Shown piece by piece: positions 18,471 through 28,306 of a stretch of 64,000 nt of DNA (within the stretch, counting starts at the first letter, position 1; the number at the start of each line of letters is the position of its first letter). The position numbers were made by a program, and so were the translations under genes. The DNA comes from Deferribacterales bacterium. GTDB lineage: Bacteria > Chrysiogenota > Deferribacteres > Deferribacterales > Geovibrionaceae. The notes below the pieces were generated by a model. That model was not told where the DNA came from and searched no databases. It was given only the letters and a program-made list of their open reading frames with translations. The DNA lies in NCBI GenBank assembly GCA_050251875.1, contig JBFWMA010000005.1, positions 96,001 through 160,000 on the forward strand, in the 5' to 3' direction.

Positions 18471-20225
18471 ATGAAACTTATCGACAGCATATCCAATATG
18501 AGAAATCAGCTGAGAAGCAATGAAGACCTTTACATGATATCCATCGCCGTGGTGGTGGGAGTCGCCACCGGTTACGGAAACATAGTGTTCAGGTTTCTCA
18601 TCGGCTTTTTCCAGAATATCTTTTACGGCAGCAAGAGCGAGTTTCTGCTGGTTACCCTGAAAGAAACCCCCGATTATAAAATCCTTCTGATACCCGCTCT
18701 GGGCGGTTTGTTAGTTGGCTTATCATCTCTGATATTCAAATTCGCGAAGGGACACGGCGTCCCCGATGTTATAAAAGCTATAGCTCTGAACAGGAGCATT
18801 TCGCCGTCCATCGCCCTGGTGAAATCCGTTACCTCGGCTATCACTCTGGGTTCAGGCGGTTCTGCCGGGCGTGAGGGACCTGTCGTTCAGATAGGCGCCG
18901 CCATAGGTTCCGGCGTGGGCAAGGTATTTAAGTTTTCCTCCGAGCGCATGAAAACGGTTGTTGCGTGCGGGGCTGCGGGCGGTCTCGCCGCCACGTTCAA
19001 CGCTCCCATAGGCGGGGCGATGTTCGCCGCCGAGGTTCTGCTGGGCGAGTTCGGGCTGAAGACGTTCAGCCCCATCATCATCTCGTCCGTCATAGCCACT
19101 GTGGTGTCCAGAGCATATTTCGGAGACAACGTAACCTTCGAGGCTCCCATATACGAGCTCAGGAGCATCATGGAGCTTCCGCTCTATGCTGTTCTGGGTA
19201 TCCTTTGCGCTGTTATCGGCGCTGTTTTCATCAAGGTATTTTACAAGGTCGAGATGACCTTTGAGGCGATAAAGCTCCCTTCATGGACTAAACCCGCTCT
19301 GGGCGGTCTGCTGATGGGATGCGTTGCCGTGATGAGCAGAGACGTTATGGGCGTCGGATATGACACCATCAACGCCATCCTGCGCCACGAGGCGGGATTT
19401 TATCTGGCTCTTCTGATAGGGCTTAAGATAGCCGCCACAGCCTTCACGCTGGGTTCCGGCGGATCGGGCGGTCTGTTCGTTCCCTCGCTGTATATCGGCG
19501 CCGCTACAGGCGGTTTTTTCGGATACTGCATGAATCTGCTGTTTCCGGATGTTGCAGCGGGTCCGGGGGCTTATGGTCTGGTGGCTATGAGTGCCATGCT
19601 GGCGGCGACCATCAGAGCGCCTCTGACGGCAATCCTGATTATCTTTGAGATCACCCAGAGCTATACTGTTATTCTGCCGCTGATGTTCACCGCCATCATA
19701 TCGAATATCTTCGCTAAGATGATGGAGCGGGAGTCTATTTTTACATGGATTCTCGTGAAACAGGGTGTGCGCATCCGGAAGGGAAAAGAGGAATCTGTTC
19801 TGGAAAACCTGCTGGTGGGCGATGTGATGACCCGTGACGTTGTCACCTTTAAAGAGGATACGCCGTTCCGTCAGGTGCTGAACGGTATTCAGAACGCCAA
19901 CCATATGTATTTTCCCGTGCTGAATAACGAAGGCTATCTGTCCGGAATGCTGTCGCTGGATGATATAAAGGGTATAATATTTGAGGAAGGACTGGAAGAC
20001 ATTGTCGTTGCCGGAGAGATATGCACCAAAGGCAACATAATATATGTGAAAGAGGACGACTCCCTGCTGAAGGCGACTGAGAATCTGGGGATAAAAGACC
20101 TGGGCGCTCTGCCGGTGGCGGAGGAGACGGAAAAAGGACTGATAGTGAAAGGACTGCTGAGGAGAGGGGATATCATCATAGCTTATAACAGAAGCGTAGC
20201 CAGACTGAAGGTTCAGGATGCCTGA
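18471..20225 (+). CDS. ClC chloride channel/antiporter with C-terminal CBS pair
   Basis: GHGVP, GREGP, FNAPIGG, GGSGGLFVP, CBS domains. Confidence 0.92.
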   Translation: MKLIDSISNMRNQLRSNEDLYMISIAVVVGVATGYGNIVFRFLIGFFQNIFYGSKSEFLLVTLKETPDYKILLIPALGGLLVGLSSLIFKFAKGHGVPDVIKAIALNRSISPSIALVKSVTSAITLGSGGSAGREGPVVQIGAAIGSGVGKVFKFSSERMKTVVACGAAGGLAATFNAPIGGAMFAAEVLLGEFGLKTFSPIIISSVIATVVSRAYFGDNVTFEAPIYELRSIMELPLYAVLGILCAVIGAVFIKVFYKVEMTFEAIKLPSWTKPALGGLLMGCVAVMSRDVMGVGYDTINAILRHEAGFYLALLIGLKIAATAFTLGSGGSGGLFVPSLYIGAATGGFFGYCMNLLFPDVAAGPGAYGLVAMSAMLAATIRAPLTAILIIFEITQSYTVILPLMFTAIISNIFAKMMERESIFTWILVKQGVRIRKGKEESVLENLLVGDVMTRDVVTFKEDTPFRQVLNGIQNANHMYFPVLNNEGYLSGMLSLDDIKGIIFEEGLEDIVVAGEICTKGNIIYVKEDDSLLKATENLGIKDLGALPVAEETEKGLIVKGLLRRGDIIIAYNRSVARLKVQDA

Positions 20226-22338
20226 TTATTCTAAAGAGCTGAACGAAGCGCAGTATGACGCCGTGCGAACCACGGAAGGACCTCTGCTGGTTCTCGCCGG
20301 AGCGGGAACAGGCAAGACGAGGGTGATTACCTACCGCATCGCCCACCTGATAAACAACATCGGTGTGCCCGCTCAGAATATTCTGGCGGTGACATTCACC
20401 AACAAGGCGGCGGGCGAGATGAAAGAGCGCATCATGAAGCTGGTGTCACGCTCCGATTCCGATATATGGATAGGCACTTTCCACTCCATCTGTCTGCGTA
20501 TTCTGCGCCGTGACGGTCATCTGGTTGGTCTGGGCGCCGGATTCGGGATTCTGGATCAGGACGACAGGCTGGCAGTGGTGAGGGATATAGTAAAATCGCT
20601 GAACATAGATGTCAAAAAGTATCCGCCAAAACAGTATATGTGGCGCATCAGCAACTTTAAAAGCACCAGAGCCTATGTGGACGAGACAGTGCCGGGAACG
20701 GACGAGTTTCACATGATGGACGAGGTGTTCAGACAATATCAGAAAAAACTGAAAGAACAGAATTTCATAGATTTTGACGACATGCTGGCTCTCACCATCA
20801 GAATGTTCAGACAGAACATCGATGTGACAGAGTATTACAGAAACATGTTTAAATATATTCTGGTGGACGAATATCAGGATACTAACGACATCCAGTTTCT
20901 GTTTCTGAAAATTCTCGCCACGGAGACAGGAAACATCTGTGTGGTGGGTGATGACGACCAGTCGATATACGGCTGGCGTGGAGCTGACATCCGCAACATT
21001 CTGGAGTTCGACACAGTGTATCAGAACACAAAAACCGTGCGTCTGGTGGAGAACTACCGCAGCCGCCCCGTGATACTCCAGACAGCCAACGCACTTATCT
21101 GCAACAACAGGATGAGAAAAGGCAAAAACCTTGTCGCCTGCCGTGAAGAGGGCGGGATGGTTCAGGTGATGCCTGTGGGAAACGAGACTGACGAGGCGGA
21201 GTTTGCCGCCCAGAACATACAGAAATATCTGGACGAGGGAACGTCTCCGGACGAGATAGCGGTTCTCTACCGCACCAACGCCCAGTCCAGAAACTTCGAG
21301 GTGCTGCTTAACCGCATGGCTATCAGGTATAAGGTCGTGGGCGGTATAGGCTTCTATCAGCGCAAAGAGATAAAGGATATCCTCAGCTATCTGCGTCTGC
21401 ACGATAACCCCTATGACGGCGTGTCATTCGCCAGAAGCGTAAAAGCGCCCCCCAGAGGAATAGGCGACACAGCCGTGTCGAATATCACGGAATATGCCTC
21501 CGCGGAAGGACTGAGCCTTATCGAGGCGTCCAGACAGTCCCTGCACTCGCTCAGGGGAGCTCAGAGGAAGGGTATGGAGCCATATCTCTGGATTTTCACC
21601 GAGCTGGGAGCGCAGACGAAGGTCAGCGAGATGGTGAAAACCGTTATATCCATGACAGAATATGAGGATTTTATCAAAAAATATGAAGATGAGCACGAGG
21701 CGGAAAAACGCATCGGCAACATAAACGAGCTTTACAACGCCGCCGTGTCTTTCGAGATGGCTTTCCCGGATGGTTCGATGTCGGACTTTCTGGCGGCGAC
21801 AGCCATTACAACATCGCTGGATGAATCGGACAATACCGCCGCTGTTAAGCTGATGACGATACATTCCGCTAAGGGGCTGGAGTTTGAGCAGGTGTTTCTG
21901 ACCGGGCTCGAAAACGGGCTTTTTCCCCTGCACGGCAGTCTGGACGAACCAGCCGAACTGGAGGAGGAACGCAGACTCTGCTATGTGGCGGTTACCCGTG
22001 CCAAGCAGAACCTGCATATGTCATATGCCTCCACCAGAATGGTATACGGAAACCGCATGCCCCAGAGGCGCTCGCCTTTTCTGGACGAGATGGGCATAGC
22101 CGGGATAAAAGCTCCGGCGAAGCCGAGACCCTACTTGGATGTGAGCCAGAAGCCGAAAAGCACTGTCGCCAGAACCGAAGTGAACGGGATAAAGAGCGGA
22201 AGCAAAGTTTCCCATGATAAATTCGGCGAGGGGATGGTCGTGGCTATATCAGGTTCCGGAGACTCCGCCAACTGTGATGTTTTCTTCAAAGCGGGCGGGC
22301 TGAAAAAAATTCGGGTAGGTTTTCTGAAACTGTTATGA
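20218..22338 (+). CDS. pcrA: ATP-dependent DNA helicase PcrA/UvrD
   Basis: AGAGTGKT, TFTNKAA, DEYQD, VGDDDQSIYGWRGA, HSAKGLEF, EEERRLCYVAVTRA, C-terminal Tudor-like HxKFGEG. Confidence 0.93.
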   Translation: MPDYSKELNEAQYDAVRTTEGPLLVLAGAGTGKTRVITYRIAHLINNIGVPAQNILAVTFTNKAAGEMKERIMKLVSRSDSDIWIGTFHSICLRILRRDGHLVGLGAGFGILDQDDRLAVVRDIVKSLNIDVKKYPPKQYMWRISNFKSTRAYVDETVPGTDEFHMMDEVFRQYQKKLKEQNFIDFDDMLALTIRMFRQNIDVTEYYRNMFKYILVDEYQDTNDIQFLFLKILATETGNICVVGDDDQSIYGWRGADIRNILEFDTVYQNTKTVRLVENYRSRPVILQTANALICNNRMRKGKNLVACREEGGMVQVMPVGNETDEAEFAAQNIQKYLDEGTSPDEIAVLYRTNAQSRNFEVLLNRMAIRYKVVGGIGFYQRKEIKDILSYLRLHDNPYDGVSFARSVKAPPRGIGDTAVSNITEYASAEGLSLIEASRQSLHSLRGAQRKGMEPYLWIFTELGAQTKVSEMVKTVISMTEYEDFIKKYEDEHEAEKRIGNINELYNAAVSFEMAFPDGSMSDFLAATAITTSLDESDNTAAVKLMTIHSAKGLEFEQVFLTGLENGLFPLHGSLDEPAELEEERRLCYVAVTRAKQNLHMSYASTRMVYGNRMPQRRSPFLDEMGIAGIKAPAKPRPYLDVSQKPKSTVARTEVNGIKSGSKVSHDKFGEGMVVAISGSGDSANCDVFFKAGGLKKIRVGFLKLL

Positions 22339-23069
22339 AAAAGATAATTACCCTGCTTATCATATTTGCCTGTTCATGTGCATTCGCCCTGCCGGACGGA
22401 TTCGTCTATCTGCGGGATGTGGACAAGAGCATCGTTCACGATATCAGATACAGAACATACCACAACTTCGTTGGTGTGCCTGTGGACGGATATGAGGCAT
22501 CGGAGTGCATTTTGACCGCTCAGGCGGCGGACGCTCTGAAGAGGGTGCAGGCGGACGCTTTGAAGCTGGGACTCAGCGTGAAGGTGTATGACTGCTACCG
22601 TCCGCAGACGGCTGTGGATCATTTCGCCAGATGGGCGGAGGATTATAAGGACACGAAAACAAAGGCAGAGTTCTATGTGAACGAGCCGAAAGAGACTCTT
22701 TTCAAGCGTGGGTTTATCGCCCACAAATCAGGGCACAGCAGGGGATCGACAGTGGATCTCACTCTGATTCCTCTGAACGGGAAACCGCAGGAAATCTTTA
22801 TTCCCTATGAAAACTTAAGAAACTGCGAAAATCCCGCTGATAAAAGATTCCGGGATGATTCCATAGACATGGGGACAGGTTTCGACTGTTTCAGCGCTCT
22901 GTCCGCCACTCTGAACCCCGCTATAGGGAAAAAACAGATGAAGAACCGTATGATTCTGAAAGACCTGATGGAGAGCCACGGATTCTATAATTATGATAAA
23001 GAATGGTGGCATTACACGCTGAAAAACGAGCCTTTTAAAGACACATACCACAATTTTCCGATAAAATAG
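22335..23069 (+). CDS. D-alanyl-D-alanine dipeptidase (M15D, VanX/DdpX family) with signal peptide
   Basis: YDCYRP, SGHSRGSTVD, DMGTGFD, EWWHY. Confidence 0.9.
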   Translation: MKKIITLLIIFACSCAFALPDGFVYLRDVDKSIVHDIRYRTYHNFVGVPVDGYEASECILTAQAADALKRVQADALKLGLSVKVYDCYRPQTAVDHFARWAEDYKDTKTKAEFYVNEPKETLFKRGFIAHKSGHSRGSTVDLTLIPLNGKPQEIFIPYENLRNCENPADKRFRDDSIDMGTGFDCFSALSATLNPAIGKKQMKNRMILKDLMESHGFYNYDKEWWHYTLKNEPFKDTYHNFPIK

Positions 23070-23250
23070 CGATATTCCTAAAATTTTTTTTCATTGTTAA
23101 CAAGTTTTGTAATCTATTTGTAAAAATATGAAATAATTACTTCGTACGTTATTTGAATTTCGCTATTCTCTTGATGAATAACGGTTTTTATTTGACGGCG
23201 TATGTGTTTGGTGCTTAAATTATATATCAATAACCCAAATGGAGGATATC

Positions 23251-23460
23251 ATGAAATTAAGCGCAAGAAACGTTCTTTCAGGAACAGTTAAAGAGATTAA
23301 AGAAGGACCCATAAATGTTGAAGTGGTTATCGAACTTCCCGGCGGCGCCGAAGTTGTTTCCATCATCACAAAAGAATCATGCGCAGGACTGAAACTTGAA
23401 AAAGGCAAAAAAGCCTATGCAATAATGAAGGCATCACAAATAATTGTTGCCGTAGATTAA
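23251..23460 (+). CDS. Molybdate-binding Mop/molbindin (single TOBE domain)
   Basis: MKLSARN.L.G, SIIT, KAS motifs; GGAGG SD before ATG 23251. Confidence 0.9.
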   Translation: MKLSARNVLSGTVKEIKEGPINVEVVIELPGGAEVVSIITKESCAGLKLEKGKKAYAIMKASQIIVAVD

Positions 23461-23463
23461 TTT

Positions 23464-23494
23464 AAAAAGGGCACTTAAGGGTGCCCTTTTTTTT
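23464..23494. terminator. Bidirectional terminator between mop and modC
   Basis: AAAAAGGGCAC-ttaagg-GTGCCCTTTTTTTT. Confidence 0.85.
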
Positions 23495-23512
23495 ATTCAG
23501 TAATCCTGTGGG

Positions 23513-24376
23513 TTATATTTTTTGTACGGACGGGTTGAACGCTTTGGTATAGAGCAGAACCCTGTCGCCCACTGTTATGTTTTCGGCTTCTGACCGGGTG
23601 GCAACCACTGTGGATATCTCTGATTCCACCGCCACTGTCAGAATAAACAGACAGTCTGATTTCTCAATCTTCAGCACCCTTCCGGTGAACTTGAATTTTC
23701 CGCTCACGGTGGTATCGGTAAAGACCTCTTCGGGGGTTCCGTGGTTTGTTATCACGCCGTCATTTATCATGTAGACTTTGTTGGCGAGTTTAAAGACCTC
23801 TCCCTTGTCGTGGCTCACCAGAATAGTGGTGATGCCGAGAGTATTGTGAATCTCTTTCAGCTCGTTCTGCAGTGTGAATCGCATGTCCGCGTCCAGAGCG
23901 GCGAAAGGCTCGTCCAGAAGCAGAATCTCAGGCTCAGCCGCCAGAGCTCTGGCGAGAGCGATCCTCTGTTTCTGTCCGCCTGAAAGCGTGGCGGGCTTAC
24001 GGTCTTTCAGCTCGGTCATGCCCACCATCTCTATCAGCGTATCCACGTTCTTTTTATCAGTGGAGGCGTATTCCAGATTCTGCTTTACTGTCATGTTGGG
24101 AAACAGGGCGTAATCCTGAAATACGAACCCGCACTTTCTCTTGTTCACGGGGACGTTTATGCCGTTCTTTTTGTCGAAGACCACCTTGCCGTCAATTTTG
24201 ATGACGCCGTCATCCGGGTTGGTGAGTCCTGCCAGGAGTCTCAGGATGGTGGTTTTACCCGCTCCTGATTTTCCGAAGAGAGAGCAGAAGCCTCCCTTGT
24301 CTATGTCCACCACGGCGTGCATGTCTACTTCGCCCGTGGCTGTCTTTATCCTTTTGGTTACATCGATCTCTATCAT
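23513..24376 (-). CDS. modC: Molybdate ABC transporter ATP-binding protein with C-terminal TOBE
   Basis: GKSGAGKT, FQDYALFP, LSGGQ, LLLDEPF; mod operon context. Confidence 0.9.
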   Translation of the reverse strand: MIEIDVTKRIKTATGEVDMHAVVDIDKGGFCSLFGKSGAGKTTILRLLAGLTNPDDGVIKIDGKVVFDKKNGINVPVNKRKCGFVFQDYALFPNMTVKQNLEYASTDKKNVDTLIEMVGMTELKDRKPATLSGGQKQRIALARALAAEPEILLLDEPFAALDADMRFTLQNELKEIHNTLGITTILVSHDKGEVFKLANKVYMINDGVITNHGTPEEVFTDTTVSGKFKFTGRVLKIEKSDCLFILTVAVESEISTVVATRSEAENITVGDRVLLYTKAFNPSVQKI

Positions 24377-25041
24377 ATCATTTTTCCGCCTATCCTTTTG
24401 TTAACGGTGTTTACAGTCAGAAGCACCGCAAAAGCAAGAACAAATAGCACCGCGGAATAAAAATGCGCCGTACCGTAGTTGAGAGCCTCCACCTGATCGT
24501 AAATGGCTATGGAAGCCACACGGGTCTTGTCCGGTATGCTTCCGCCTATCATCAGCACAACGCCGAATTCGCCGACTGTGTGGGCAAAGCTGAGGACTAT
24601 GCCTGTTATCAGTGACGGTTTGATATTAGGAAGAAGAACACGGAAAAAAGTTTGAAATCTCGATTTTCCCAGAGTATAGGACGCCTCTCTGAGCGACATG
24701 GGCAGCGCCTCGAACCCCGCCTGAACAGGCTGGAGCATGAAAGGCAGGCTGTATATCATAGAGCCCAGAACAAGTCCTTCGAATGTGAAGACCAGGCGTA
24801 TGTCAAATTTTTGCAGGATGCTTCCCAGAGGTCCGTGGGGACCCATGAAAACCAGCAGGTAAAAACCCAGCACAGAAGGCGGCAGAACGATGGGCATGCT
24901 GGTGACTGATTCCAGTATGGATTTGCCACGGAAAGAGACCGTCGACAGCCAGTATGCCATGGGGATAGCAAAAAAAGAAAGCAGCAGTGTTGTCACTGCC
25001 GCTAACTCAAATGTCAATATAAGAGGGGTCAAAAGCTCCAT
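24373..25041 (-). CDS. modB: Molybdate ABC transporter permease
   Basis: P.VLPPSVLGFYLL, SFAHTVGEFGVVLMIGG.IP..T. Confidence 0.93.
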   Translation of the reverse strand: MELLTPLILTFELAAVTTLLLSFFAIPMAYWLSTVSFRGKSILESVTSMPIVLPPSVLGFYLLVFMGPHGPLGSILQKFDIRLVFTFEGLVLGSMIYSLPFMLQPVQAGFEALPMSLREASYTLGKSRFQTFFRVLLPNIKPSLITGIVLSFAHTVGEFGVVLMIGGSIPDKTRVASIAIYDQVEALNYGTAHFYSAVLFVLAFAVLLTVNTVNKRIGGKMI

Positions 25042-25081
25042 TAATCACCTTAATAATATTGTGAAAATACCTGAGTATAAT

Positions 25082-25483
25082 CTAAATTATCTTGCCTATG
25101 GCTATTTCATTCGCCTTCACCAGGGCGGTCACCTCCATCCCAACCTCCAGATTCATCCTTTTGGCTGATTTGGTGGTGATGACAGACTCGATACCTGTAC
25201 CGAAATCTATCTGAACGCTGGTGAAAATTTCCCCTGTATCCATAGATGTTATCTTGCCTTTGAACCTGTTATTCAGACTAAGGGTTCCAAGATCTCCCAC
25301 GGCCAAGATCACCTCGGTGGCTTTGAACAGCATGTTCACATGCCCGCCGGGGGTCAGATAGTCCATATCCGCCGGACTGTCCAGAATAACCGCCGTGGCT
25401 GTCTCACCGTGGGTGTTCAGCTCACAGATGATTATCTGACCGGAGGTATTGTAAAATAGAATCTCAGCCTTGAGTACGTTCAT
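25082..25483 (-). CDS. Tandem TOBE-domain molybdate-binding protein
   Basis: FKATEV, LSLNNRF.G.I, SVITT, VKANE. Confidence 0.8.
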   Translation of the reverse strand: MNVLKAEILFYNTSGQIIICELNTHGETATAVILDSPADMDYLTPGGHVNMLFKATEVILAVGDLGTLSLNNRFKGKITSMDTGEIFTSVQIDFGTGIESVITTKSAKRMNLEVGMEVTALVKANEIAIGKII

Positions 25484-26217
25484 TATTTCTCGTATCCGTA
25501 TTTTTTCATGATTTCGGCGCCGTTGCCTTTTGTGATATATGTCATGAATTTAGCGGATTCTGCCTGATCTTTTGAAGTTTTCAGGATAACGCCGCCCTGA
25601 AGGATGGGTGAGTAGAGTTTGGAATCCACTTCAAACCATGAGCCGGGATCTTTTACTTTTCCGCTGGCAAGGTGTGATTTGGCAGCGAAAGCGGCATCAG
25701 CGGCTCCGGTGTGGATGAATGTATCCATGCTGGATATGCTGTCGCCCTGAACTATCTTAGATGCCACAGCGTCATAAACGCCGGCGGCTTTCATAGCTTC
25801 CACAGCGGCTCTGCCGTAGGGAGCTGTGTTGGGGTTAGCGATAGCTACTTTTACGAATTTGGCGTCTTTCAGATCAGCCAGTGATTTTACGTCATATTTA
25901 ACAGACCAGAGAACCAGAAGTCCTTTGGCATACATAACGGGTTCTGTGGATGCGAGACCCGCGTCATATACTTTCTGAGCGAAAGACATGTCGGCGGCAA
26001 GGAAGATATCGAATACCGCACCGTTGAGAATCTGTGATGTCAGTTTTCCGGATGAACCGTAAACGGCTTTCACTTCTGTGCCTGTTTCGGACTGATATGC
26101 TTTACCAACTTCCTGAAGAGCGAACTGAAGATTTGCGGCGGCGGAGATGTTAAGCTCTTTCGCATTGGCGCAAACAGCCAGTATAAGGATCATAGCAAGT
26201 GTAAGAAACTTTTTCAT
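25483..26217 (-). CDS. modA: Molybdate ABC transporter substrate-binding protein
   Basis: Signal peptide; AAANL, GSSGKL, AIANP.TAPYG.AA. Confidence 0.93.
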   Translation of the reverse strand: MKKFLTLAMILILAVCANAKELNISAAANLQFALQEVGKAYQSETGTEVKAVYGSSGKLTSQILNGAVFDIFLAADMSFAQKVYDAGLASTEPVMYAKGLLVLWSVKYDVKSLADLKDAKFVKVAIANPNTAPYGRAAVEAMKAAGVYDAVASKIVQGDSISSMDTFIHTGAADAAFAAKSHLASGKVKDPGSWFEVDSKLYSPILQGGVILKTSKDQAESAKFMTYITKGNGAEIMKKYGYEK

Positions 26218-26221
26218 TATA

Positions 26222-26914
26222 TCACCTCATTACTAGTGCAGAAGCAGTTTTAAAGAGCGCGAACGTATGAGTTCCCGGACGCAGTCCCAGCTTTTGCGCG
26301 CTGTTTGCCGTGATGCTTACGGCGAGCTCGGTTCCGTTTTCGGTCTTTAAGATTGCTTCGGTATATTGACCGCTGGAATTAACAGCGGTAATTTCTGTTT
26401 TAAGGATGTTGCGGGCGCTTGTGGAGAAAGCATCGCTGTCCACCAGGATGATGTCTCTGGGGCTGATGAAGACTGTTACCTCTTCACCGGGCATCAGGTC
26501 TTCGTCCAGTTTTATACAGGCGATGGTGTCGCCGTTATTGGTGGTTATCATGGCGTAGGTCTGTTCAACAGAGTCTACTTTTCCCAGAATTTTATTGGAG
26601 TTGACCATGGTGTTCAGATACATCATGTGCAGCCGGCTGAAGTGGTTGTATGTTTTTATAAGGTCTTTGCCTGTTTTGGTCAGGGTGGTTCCTCCGCCTC
26701 CCTTGCCCCCTGTCTGGCGGTCCACCAGAGGAGTGCCAAAAACTGCATTCAGGCTGTTTATGCTGTCCCACGCCGCTTTGTAGCTCATTTTGATACGTTC
26801 GGCGGCTTTTTTGATCGAGCCGGTTTCCTGCACCAGTTCCAACAGCTTGATTCTGCCGTGTCCTGCTATACCCAAACCGTCAATGTCTATCCATAGTTTG
26901 CCATCTATTTTCAT
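26222..26914 (-). CDS. modE: Molybdate-responsive regulator ModE (wHTH + TOBE)
   Basis: GSI..AA....MSYKAAW, GG.GGGG..LT, TSARN, FK.A. Confidence 0.92.
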   Translation of the reverse strand: MKIDGKLWIDIDGLGIAGHGRIKLLELVQETGSIKKAAERIKMSYKAAWDSINSLNAVFGTPLVDRQTGGKGGGGTTLTKTGKDLIKTYNHFSRLHMMYLNTMVNSNKILGKVDSVEQTYAMITTNNGDTIACIKLDEDLMPGEEVTVFISPRDIILVDSDAFSTSARNILKTEITAVNSSGQYTEAILKTENGTELAVSITANSAQKLGLRPGTHTFALFKTASALVMR

Positions 26915-26917
26915 AGG

Positions 26918-26941
26918 CGTTATATACTATATAACATAACG
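26918..26941. promoter_or_regulatory. ModE operator (CGTTAT-N12-ATAACG)
   Basis: CGTTATatactatataacATAACG, three bases upstream of the modE start codon. Confidence 0.8.
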
Positions 26942-26977
26942 GCGCGCAAGCGGAAAATAAAACGTGTCAAAAAATTG

Positions 26978-28009
26978 TTATTTGTAAAGTTTTTCCTGAA
27001 TAACGACCCGGATGAAGGCGGCCGCCGGAAGCGCCATTATCATACCGCCGATGCCGAACAGAGACCCTCCGGCGAGCAGGGCAAAAATAACGCCTGTGGG
27101 ATGAAGACCCAAAGATTTTCCGATAATTTTGGGAGTAAGATAATTTCCCTCGATGGACTGAACAACGGTGAACCCGATTATCACCATCAGAGGATGAAGA
27201 AAATCGGCGTATTGAAGAGCCGCCAGAATGACAGAGGAAGAGAACCCGATGATGAACCCGAGATAGGGTACAACGCTCAGGATTCCCGCCGTCAGACCGA
27301 CAATCACGGCGGGTTTTATGCCCGCAATGAGAAGCACTGCCGTATAAAGCACGCCCAGCAGAAAAGCGACAATGATCTGCCCTCTGAAATATTCCGACAG
27401 AATACGGTCGAACTGGGTGAAATATCTGCGGTAGTCTCTTTCAGAGCTCTTGTCCAGAGCGGCGAACAGCTTTTCATTCAGCTTGTCGAAATCCCGCAGG
27501 AAATAGAAGACGAGGATAGGGATCAGCGACAGGTGTATGATGGTGGTAACCGCTGAGGATATGGATGTTATTATTCCGGATATTCCTGTGAAGATGCCGT
27601 GGAGCGAGTCGGATATTTTTGACCCCGCCAGCTCTTTCAGGTGGTTCACATCCAGCTGAATATTCAGCCTGTTCGCTGTGGTGTGGATGAAATCCAGCGT
27701 GTTGTCAGCGTATGCCGGAAGATTTTTTATCAGATACTGTGTCTCTGACGCCACAACAGGTATCAGCCACAGAAGCAGAAGAGATATCAGCAGAACGCCT
27801 ATGGACATCAGTGTCAGAATGGATGCCCAGCGGGGAATCTTTCTGGCTTCAAAAAAATCTATGACCGGGTCGAAAAGATAAGCTATGAAGAACGAAACGG
27901 CGAACACGGTGATGATGCTCTGGATTTTGAACAGCAGTATAATAACGCCGACTGTGACGGCGGCGATTATCAGATTTTTTACATTGATTTCAAGGTTGAT
28001 GATGCTCAT
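26978..28009 (-). CDS. AI-2E family transporter (PerM/UPF0118)
   Basis: AYL.DP, YFRGQ, VPYLG, EGNYLTPKIIG.SLGLHP, G..GMI.ALP. Confidence 0.9.
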   Translation of the reverse strand: MSIINLEINVKNLIIAAVTVGVIILLFKIQSIITVFAVSFFIAYLFDPVIDFFEARKIPRWASILTLMSIGVLLISLLLLWLIPVVASETQYLIKNLPAYADNTLDFIHTTANRLNIQLDVNHLKELAGSKISDSLHGIFTGISGIITSISSAVTTIIHLSLIPILVFYFLRDFDKLNEKLFAALDKSSERDYRRYFTQFDRILSEYFRGQIIVAFLLGVLYTAVLLIAGIKPAVIVGLTAGILSVVPYLGFIIGFSSSVILAALQYADFLHPLMVIIGFTVVQSIEGNYLTPKIIGKSLGLHPTGVIFALLAGGSLFGIGGMIMALPAAAFIRVVIQEKLYK

Positions 28010-28053
28010 GCAGACTTATAGCACAGAAAAACGCCGATTGCGATACAATGAAT

Positions 28054-28079
28054 AAAAAAGGGGCGTATGAACGCCCCTT
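28054..28079 (-). terminator. Intrinsic terminator after the RND-DUF2892 genes
   Basis: AAGGGGCG/CGCCCCTT stem with a T-run on the minus strand. Confidence 0.8.
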
Positions 28080-28086
28080 GGTGATG

Positions 28087-28281
28087 TTAGTTTTCTCTGA
28101 TACCCATTTTGCGCAGGATATCTTCCAGCAGACACCATTTGGTGAAAGCGGACTGGAGCAGGTTAAGCCCCACGAAAGCCGCCAGAGCCAGCCACCATTT
28201 CTGGTCTGTTGCCAGAAAGAGCCCGATGCTCAGCAGTATGAAAATACCGGGTACTAGTCTTAAAATATCTTTAATTGACAT
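28087..28281 (-). CDS. DUF2892 / YgaP-like two-TM membrane protein
   Basis: FVGLNLLQSAFTKWC motif. Confidence 0.85.
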   Translation of the reverse strand: MSIKDILRLVPGIFILLSIGLFLATDQKWWLALAAFVGLNLLQSAFTKWCLLEDILRKMGIREN

Positions 28282-28306
28282 AATATATTCTCCTTATTCA
28301 GTAATC

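Noticed and set aside
22335..23069. Vancomycin-resistance locus
   Set aside because: A lone M15D peptidase without vanH/vanA/vanRS; such enzymes are common in Gram-negative bacteria.
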